Of a DNA stretch of 32,261 bases, positions 27,175 through 32,261 are shown in pieces. The stretch lies in the NCBI GenBank assembly GCA_964201845.1, contig CAXNGP010000001.1:1-32261 (forward strand), given 5' to 3'. The first letter of the stretch is position 1. Every line of letters starts with the position of its first letter. The notes below the pieces were generated by a model. It saw only the letters and a program-made list of their open reading frames with translations, ran no database searches and was not told where the DNA came from. A program made the position numbers and the translations under genes. Origin of the DNA: Pirellulales bacterium (GTDB taxonomy: Bacteria > Planctomycetota > Planctomycetia > Pirellulales > UBA1268).

Positions 27175-28260
27175 ATGGCCTCATCTTGCCTGCCTCACGC
27201 CACCTCGCTCGCGGCCGCTCTCGCCGGCGTCCTCCTGGCGACGCCGGCTGCGCCCGCCGCCGAGCCCGGCCCCGACCTGCTCCCCACAGTGGGCTCGATC
27301 GAGCGGCTCGACCCCCGTTTCGACGCGCTCGTGCCGCCGGGCGCCGTGATCGAGGTCCTCGCCTCGGGCTTCGCCTGGAGCGAAGGCCCGGTCTGGGTGT
27401 CGAGCGACCGCACGGGGCTGCCCGCCGGCAGCCTGCTCTTCTCCGACATCCCGCACAACCGCATCCACCGCTGGCAGCCGGGCCAGGGTCTCGACATCTT
27501 CATGGAGCCCGCCGGCTTCACCGGTCCGGCCGGCTACGGCAACGAGCGGGGCTCCAATGGACTCACGCTCGATCGCGAAGGCCGGCTCATCTGCTGCGAG
27601 CACGGCGATCGGCGCGTGTCGCGGCTCGAGCCCGGCGGGGGCAAGAAGACGCTCGCCGACTCCTACCGGGGCAAGCGGCTCAACAGCCCCAACGACGCGG
27701 TCGTCCACTCCTCGGGCGCGATCTATTTCACCGACCCGCCCTACGGCCTGCCGAAGGGCTGGGACGATCCGCGCCGCGAGCTCGACTTCTGCGGCGTCTA
27801 CCGGCTCGCGCCCGACGGCACGCTCACGCTCCTGTGCGACACCATGACCCGCCCCAATGGGATCGCCCTCTCGCCCGACGAGAAGACGCTCTACGTGGCG
27901 CAGTCCGACCCTGCGGCCCCGATCTGGCAAGCCTTTGCCGTGGCGGCCGACGGAACACTCGCCGACGCCACGACCGGTGGCCGCGTGTTCTTCGATGCCA
28001 CCGCGTTGGCGAAGACCCGCCGCGGCCACCCCGACGGCCTGAAGGTGGACGCCGCGGGCAACCTGTTCGCGACCGGGCCGGGCGGCGTGCTCGTGTTCGC
28101 CCTCGATGGCACGCACCTCGGCTCGCTCTTGACCGGACAGGCCACGGCCAACTGTGCCTTCGGCGAGGACGGCCAGACGCTCTTCATCACGGCCGACTCG
28201 CTTCTCTGCCGCGTGCGACTGACGACCAAGGGACGGCTGCCCGGGCCCGACGCCGACTGA
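27175..28260 (+). CDS. SMP-30/gluconolactonase/LRE-family beta-propeller protein, secreted
   Basis: 361 aa with signal peptide 'MASSCLPHATSLAAALAGVLLATPAAPAAEP'. Family motifs: 'EGPVW...LLFSDIPHNRIHRW', 'SNGLTLDREGRLICCEHG', 'LNSPNDAVVHSSGAIYFTDPPYG', 'RPNGIALSPDEKTLYVA', 'PDGLKVDAAGNLF'. Confidence 0.85.
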   Translation: MASSCLPHATSLAAALAGVLLATPAAPAAEPGPDLLPTVGSIERLDPRFDALVPPGAVIEVLASGFAWSEGPVWVSSDRTGLPAGSLLFSDIPHNRIHRWQPGQGLDIFMEPAGFTGPAGYGNERGSNGLTLDREGRLICCEHGDRRVSRLEPGGGKKTLADSYRGKRLNSPNDAVVHSSGAIYFTDPPYGLPKGWDDPRRELDFCGVYRLAPDGTLTLLCDTMTRPNGIALSPDEKTLYVAQSDPAAPIWQAFAVAADGTLADATTGGRVFFDATALAKTRRGHPDGLKVDAAGNLFATGPGGVLVFALDGTHLGSLLTGQATANCAFGEDGQTLFITADSLLCRVRLTTKGRLPGPDAD

Positions 28261-28314
28261 GCACCGGGGCGGGCCAGGGGCGCGACACCTGCGATCCGGC
28301 CGAGCAGCCTGAGC

Positions 28315-30459
28315 TCACCGCCGCGGGCCCGTGGTCGGTGCGTTCACCGCGGCCGCCGATGGGAGTCCGGCGGCGAGTGCCGCGAAGGCGACGGCCCGTG
28401 GCAGCGGAGCCCCGGGTCGGGCACCCGGGCCGGCAGCCGGCGGCTTCGGGGCGACCGGCGGCTTGGGCGCGACGGGCGGTGCGACGGCGAGGCCCACGTC
28501 GAGGCCGCGGGTTTCGCCGCCCTTTGTCAGCCCCACGATCCGGCTCGTGACCGCCGCGCCGCCGGCCGGCGTCACGACCACGCGGTACGACCCCAGGTCG
28601 AGCCGGTCGAAGCTGTAACCACCGCGGGCGTCGGTTCGCGTGCTGGCGACGGTCGCCCCCGTGGCGTCGACGAGCGTGACCAGCGCGGCGGCCACGCCCG
28701 CCTCGATCGACTGGCGAATCCCGTCCCCGTTGCGGTCGCCGAACACCGTGCCGCCGATGGAGGCCCGGAACAGAAACACGTCGGACTGCAGGTTCGTGAG
28801 GCCGGTGTTGCGCCGGATCACGTCAGCGAGCGTCGTGGCCTGGATCGACCGCACCGCCGCGGCGGGCAGCACGTTCTGATACCAGTAACGGTCGCCGTCG
28901 CGGAGCCGCCGGAACTGGTCCACGATGATCCGGGTGAAGGTCGCCCCCAGGCTCGAGCCCGGCAGATGCTTCTCCGCCAGGCCGCCGACCCACAGGTCGA
29001 CCTTGTCGACGGAGCCGTAGGTGGCCTCGAGCGCCTGCTGCACGGCCGGGGTGGCCGAAATCTGGGCGAAGCTGGTCACCCGGGGCAGGCCGTAGGCCTC
29101 CCGCACCGTGTTGTAGTCGGGCAGGCCGTGGTCGCGGCCGCGCTGGATGTTGAGGGCGGCCAGGTCGAATCCGCCTTGGCCGGGAGCGCCGAACAGAAAG
29201 TTTCGCACGTCGTCGATCACGACGGCGTCCATCTCCTGGGCCCGATCGCTCGCCAGATACTTGAGGATCGGGTCGATGCCCGTCGCGGCCACCACATCGA
29301 TGTTGAAAAAGGCGTCGCGGAGGCTCAGCGCGTCGCGGACCTCGTTGCCTTGGTTGTCGAGGAAGCCCACCTCGTCGCCCAGGAGGCTGTGACCGAACCG
29401 GTAGGCCGCCGTGGCAAACTCGGTGCTGATGCCGGCGTCCACGTTTGGCCGATAGCCGCGGTACGACTGCATCGCGACCGTCGCCGGGGTGCCCTGGCCG
29501 AGGATCGCCGGCAGAAACTCCGTGTAGGTGATGTCCTGCAACTCGGCGACCACCAGCCGCCGGGCGTGCTGGAAGATCTGCTCGTCACTCCAGCCGGGAT
29601 TACGGACCGCGGCATCGGCGGCGATCCGGTTGTGCTCGCGCACGAACAGCGTCTGCAACGCCAGCAGCTGGGGGTTTTCATTGGCCCGCACGTCGCCGGC
29701 CAGATACAGCTCCGCATCGGGCGTCAGGCCGATCGTGGCGTTGGGCAGGCCGGCCGTGTTGAACGGCAGGAGGTTGCCGGCGCTCGTCTTGAGTCGGCCA
29801 CCGGCAAACTCCCGCAGCGCCGCCGCCCGCGTCGGGTCCGATCCGTAGATCTGCGAACCGTCGATGTAGGCCGTCAGCGAGTTCACCTGCTGCCGGGGCG
29901 TGGTCGTGCCCGTGGCCGGGTCGTAGGCGGTGCGCAGGTTCGGCATCGTCCTCGTGCCGGTGCCCGTGGGGTCGAACCAGGGATCGCCCGCGGGAATGCT
30001 GATCGAGATCAGTTCGGCGGGGACGGCCGAATCCGAGAGGGTCAGGTCGTGGTCGAGAAACTGGCCCCACGCGTAGACAAAGCCGCTCATGTCGCGGGCA
30101 TTGGTGATCCCGCCGGCCGGGCTCGCAAAGATCTGGTTGCTGATCAGCCGCTCACCGGGACGATCCGCCCCCGACAGGCTCGCGAGCCCGTCGCCATAGG
30201 CCGCCGAAGAGACGCGCAGGAACGGTTCGCCCGTGCTGCCCCACTCGGGGTGGTTCAGGTTGTTGCCGGTGCCGTCGAGCGATTGGACGGGCAGGGGCAA
30301 CGGTGCGACGGCCAGCAGGGCGCGGGGCTCCAGTCGCTCAGGCGTCGACAGCCGTCGCGAACGGCCGACGCCCTGGTGGCGGCCGGCCCGGGAAGTGTTG
30401 CATTTTGCATCGCGCGTTGCATTGTGCGTCGATCGGTCCGTGTGATTGCTGGCGTTCAT
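28315..30459 (-). CDS. Animal-type haem peroxidase (peroxidase-cyclooxygenase superfamily) with a C-terminal SdrD-B/Cna-B-like domain and a Pro-rich tail
   Basis: ATG 30459-30457 is preceded by GGAGGA, although the ORF is open to 30678. Motifs: 'SLDGTGNNLNHPEWGSTGEPFLR', 'ARDMSGFVYAWGQFLDHDLTLS', '...YRFGHSLL...', '...DLAALNIQRGRDHGLPDYN'. C-terminus: 'GGTVFGDRNGDGIRQ...TDARGGYSFDRLDLGSYRVVV', then 'PPVAPKPPVAPKPP'. Confidence 0.85.
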   Translation of the reverse strand: MNASNHTDRSTHNATRDAKCNTSRAGRHQGVGRSRRLSTPERLEPRALLAVAPLPLPVQSLDGTGNNLNHPEWGSTGEPFLRVSSAAYGDGLASLSGADRPGERLISNQIFASPAGGITNARDMSGFVYAWGQFLDHDLTLSDSAVPAELISISIPAGDPWFDPTGTGTRTMPNLRTAYDPATGTTTPRQQVNSLTAYIDGSQIYGSDPTRAAALREFAGGRLKTSAGNLLPFNTAGLPNATIGLTPDAELYLAGDVRANENPQLLALQTLFVREHNRIAADAAVRNPGWSDEQIFQHARRLVVAELQDITYTEFLPAILGQGTPATVAMQSYRGYRPNVDAGISTEFATAAYRFGHSLLGDEVGFLDNQGNEVRDALSLRDAFFNIDVVAATGIDPILKYLASDRAQEMDAVVIDDVRNFLFGAPGQGGFDLAALNIQRGRDHGLPDYNTVREAYGLPRVTSFAQISATPAVQQALEATYGSVDKVDLWVGGLAEKHLPGSSLGATFTRIIVDQFRRLRDGDRYWYQNVLPAAAVRSIQATTLADVIRRNTGLTNLQSDVFLFRASIGGTVFGDRNGDGIRQSIEAGVAAALVTLVDATGATVASTRTDARGGYSFDRLDLGSYRVVVTPAGGAAVTSRIVGLTKGGETRGLDVGLAVAPPVAPKPPVAPKPPAAGPGARPGAPLPRAVAFAALAAGLPSAAAVNAPTTGPRR

Positions 30460-30662
30460 GGCGTCCTCCGGATGATCGTTCGAGTTGGGAAATCGCTGGC
30501 CCTTGCCCTGTTCCTGCTTGAACCGGCCAACGTGGCCGAAGTTGCACGGGGGTGAGCTGAGCAAAGGGCGTGCCGCGGCGGGGTCGCGGAAATCCGTGGC
30601 GGCGATTGCCTGCCCCGCAACTTCGCCGCGACCCACCCGTTGAACGGCGAAGCGAGTTGGAG

Positions 30663-31145
30663 ATGGCGATGCACGCACGACGACTGGCGATGACCGGCCT
30701 CGCAGCCTGCCTGGCGGCCTGGCCCGCGAGCCGACCGGCTGCCCAGCCCCCCGCGCCAGTCTGCTCGCCGACCCGGATCAGCCTCCAGACCGGCCGCAGC
30801 CCGGCGGCCCTCCACTGGACGAAGGCTGCTCCGGCCGAGCCGGGCCACGACTTCATGGCCAAGAGCAAGGAAGCGGGCAAGCCGTTCTTCATCCGGCTCT
30901 CGTGGAACGCGCTGCATGCCTCCGAGAACGCGCTCGAGGCGACGCTCGCGAAGGATGCGCAGCGGCTCGGCAGCCGCGACGACCGGCGCACCACCGTGGC
31001 CACGATCACCGAGGACCTCGACACCGGCGTGGGCCGGGTGCTCACCGCGATCGACCGGCTCGGCCTCGCGGGCACGACCGACGTGATCTCCACCTCCGAC
31101 AAGCCGGATAAGCCCGGGAAGCCGGTACTCAAGGAGCCGTCATGA
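30663..31145 (+). pseudogene. Miniaturised sulfatase-derived ORF (160 aa). It retains the C-x-P-x-R motif but lacks most of the catalytic domain.
   Basis: Reads 'MAMHARRLAMTGLAACLAAWPASRPAAQPPAPVCSPTRISLQTGRSPAALHWT', then directly '...GKPFFIRLSWNALHASEN' and '...TEDLDTGVGRVLTAIDRLGLAGTTDVISTSDK'. These segments lie far apart in normal 450-500-aa sulfatases. The N-terminal metal-binding DD region and the GKWH region are missing. The stop overlaps the next ATG (ATGA, 31142-31145). Confidence 0.55.
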
Positions 31146-32261
31146 ACGGCCTCGCACGTGGATCGCAGGCCCAGTTACTGACGTGGGGCCTCGCGGTGCT
31201 GGCAGGCATCGGCGGCGGACGCCTTGCCGAAGCCCATCCCTGGCACCGCCATCGCGGCGAGGAGGAGGCGTCGCGAGCACCCACCACCGCGCCGGCCGAC
31301 GTCGCGCCGGCGGCCCGACCAACAGCCTTCATCCTTGCCGCCGCCCGCAAGCCGGCGAACCCGCGGATCGACATCGGCGCCGCCTTCGCGCCATTCGAAA
31401 AGCGTCGGGCGATCGCCACCCGCCGCGACGAGAACTGGTTCTACGTCGAGTCGAACGGGATTCCGGACCATCCCCTGATGGTGGGCATTCGCAACTGGCA
31501 GCAGCAGGTGCCGCTGCCGCAGCCCTACACGGGCGCCAACGCGTGGCAGATTCCGCTCCATCCCGTCCGGGCGGCCGAGCCGGCCTCGACGAAGGATCGC
31601 TTCCTCCGCGGCGCGATCGCGGTGGCCGTCAACGGGATCCCGATTTTCAACCCGCTCAACAACCGCGGTGAGGACGCGCTGGCGATCGGCGAGCTGGACG
31701 AGTATGGCGGCCACTGCGGACGGGCCGACGACTACCACTACCACGTCGCGCCGGTGCATCTCGAAAAGGTCGTGGGCAAGGGGATGCCGATCGCCTACGC
31801 CCTCGATGGCTACCCGGTGTATGGCGAGACCGAGCCCGACGGCTCACCGGTCCAGCCGCTCGACGCCCTCGGCGGGCACGAGGACGGCCAGGGGGGCTAC
31901 CACTACCACGCGCAGCAGCAGTATCCGTATCTGATCGGCGGCTTCCGCGGCGAGGTGGTGGAGCGGGAGGGGCAGGTCGACCCGCAGCCCCGGGCGCAGG
32001 GCGTGCGCGAGGCGCTCGGGCCCCTCCGGGGAGCGACCATCGTGGGGTTCGAGACGCCCGCGGCCGACACGCGGAAGGTGGTCTACGAGGTCGGCGGCCG
32101 GCGGGGCTCGATCGAATACACCGTCGCCAAGGACGGTTCCTCGCGGTTCACGTTCACCGATCCTTCCGGCCGCACCTCGACTGAGACCTACACGCCGCGC
32201 TCCCGCGGCCCCGGGGGCGGCGGCCGTCCCGGTGGTGGTGGCCCGCGCGGGCCCGGCGGCG
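31142..32261 (+). CDS. YHYH-domain protein, secreted. Partial: it runs off the right window edge.
   Basis: Not in the ORF track because there is no stop in the window. My translation: 'MNGLARGSQAQLLTWGLAVLAGIGGGRLAEA...', 'AVNGIPIFNPLNNRGEDA...DEYGGHCGRADDYHYHVAP', 'YALDGYPVYG...GGHEDGQGGYHYHAQQQYPYLIGGFRG', ending in a Gly/Pro/Arg-rich tract at the edge. Confidence 0.8.
   Translation, partial: MNGLARGSQAQLLTWGLAVLAGIGGGRLAEAHPWHRHRGEEEASRAPTTAPADVAPAARPTAFILAAARKPANPRIDIGAAFAPFEKRRAIATRRDENWFYVESNGIPDHPLMVGIRNWQQQVPLPQPYTGANAWQIPLHPVRAAEPASTKDRFLRGAIAVAVNGIPIFNPLNNRGEDALAIGELDEYGGHCGRADDYHYHVAPVHLEKVVGKGMPIAYALDGYPVYGETEPDGSPVQPLDALGGHEDGQGGYHYHAQQQYPYLIGGFRGEVVEREGQVDPQPRAQGVREALGPLRGATIVGFETPAADTRKVVYEVGGRRGSIEYTVAKDGSSRFTFTDPSGRTSTETYTPRSRGPGGGGRPGGGGPRGPGG

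Noticed and set aside
27072-31759. ORFs 27072-28550 +, 27181-28116 -, 28966-30555 +, 30338-31132 - and 31175-31759 -
   Set aside because: They are out-of-frame or antisense shadows of the gluconolactonase, peroxidase, sulfatase-relic and YHYH genes.

Overview
High-GC (about 70%) bacterial chromosome segment. Gene content and N-terminal motifs suggest Planctomycetota, but that is an inference. All calls rest on my own translation and motif recognition; no searches were run.

Layout:
- 1-8935 (-): one giant reading frame, over 2,970 codons and still open at the left edge. It is absent from the ORF track because it runs off the window. It encodes a metzincin, PPC-like and beta-helix exoprotein.
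- A signal-less BtuF-like binding protein.
- A 4.3-kb kexin-like S8 protease (P-domain, six roughly 98-aa Ig-like repeats, FN3) disrupted by an in-frame TAA and a G9-tract frameshift.
- A ThuA-like protein.
- hflK-hflC followed by a BI-1/YccA-family gene.
- tRNA-Met(CAU) followed by a roughly 2-kb low-GC islet holding an integrase relic, a Zn-ribbon ORF and an AraC regulator.
- A four-gene overlapping transport operon: RbsB-like lipoprotein, ATPase, permease and an APC permease.
- A frameshifted DUF983-like gene, an SMP-30 gluconolactonase, an animal-type haem peroxidase, a miniaturised sulfatase relic and a partial YHYH protein.

Most notable:
- Three large exoenzymes share an Arg-rich N-terminus with an E-x-L-E-x-R-x-[LAV]-[LM]-[AS] motif and no hydrophobic signal core.
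- The sugar-binding protein appears circularly permuted.
- Gene lesions are unusually dense, and two sit at G-runs.

No CRISPR array, rRNA or recognisable defence system was seen.
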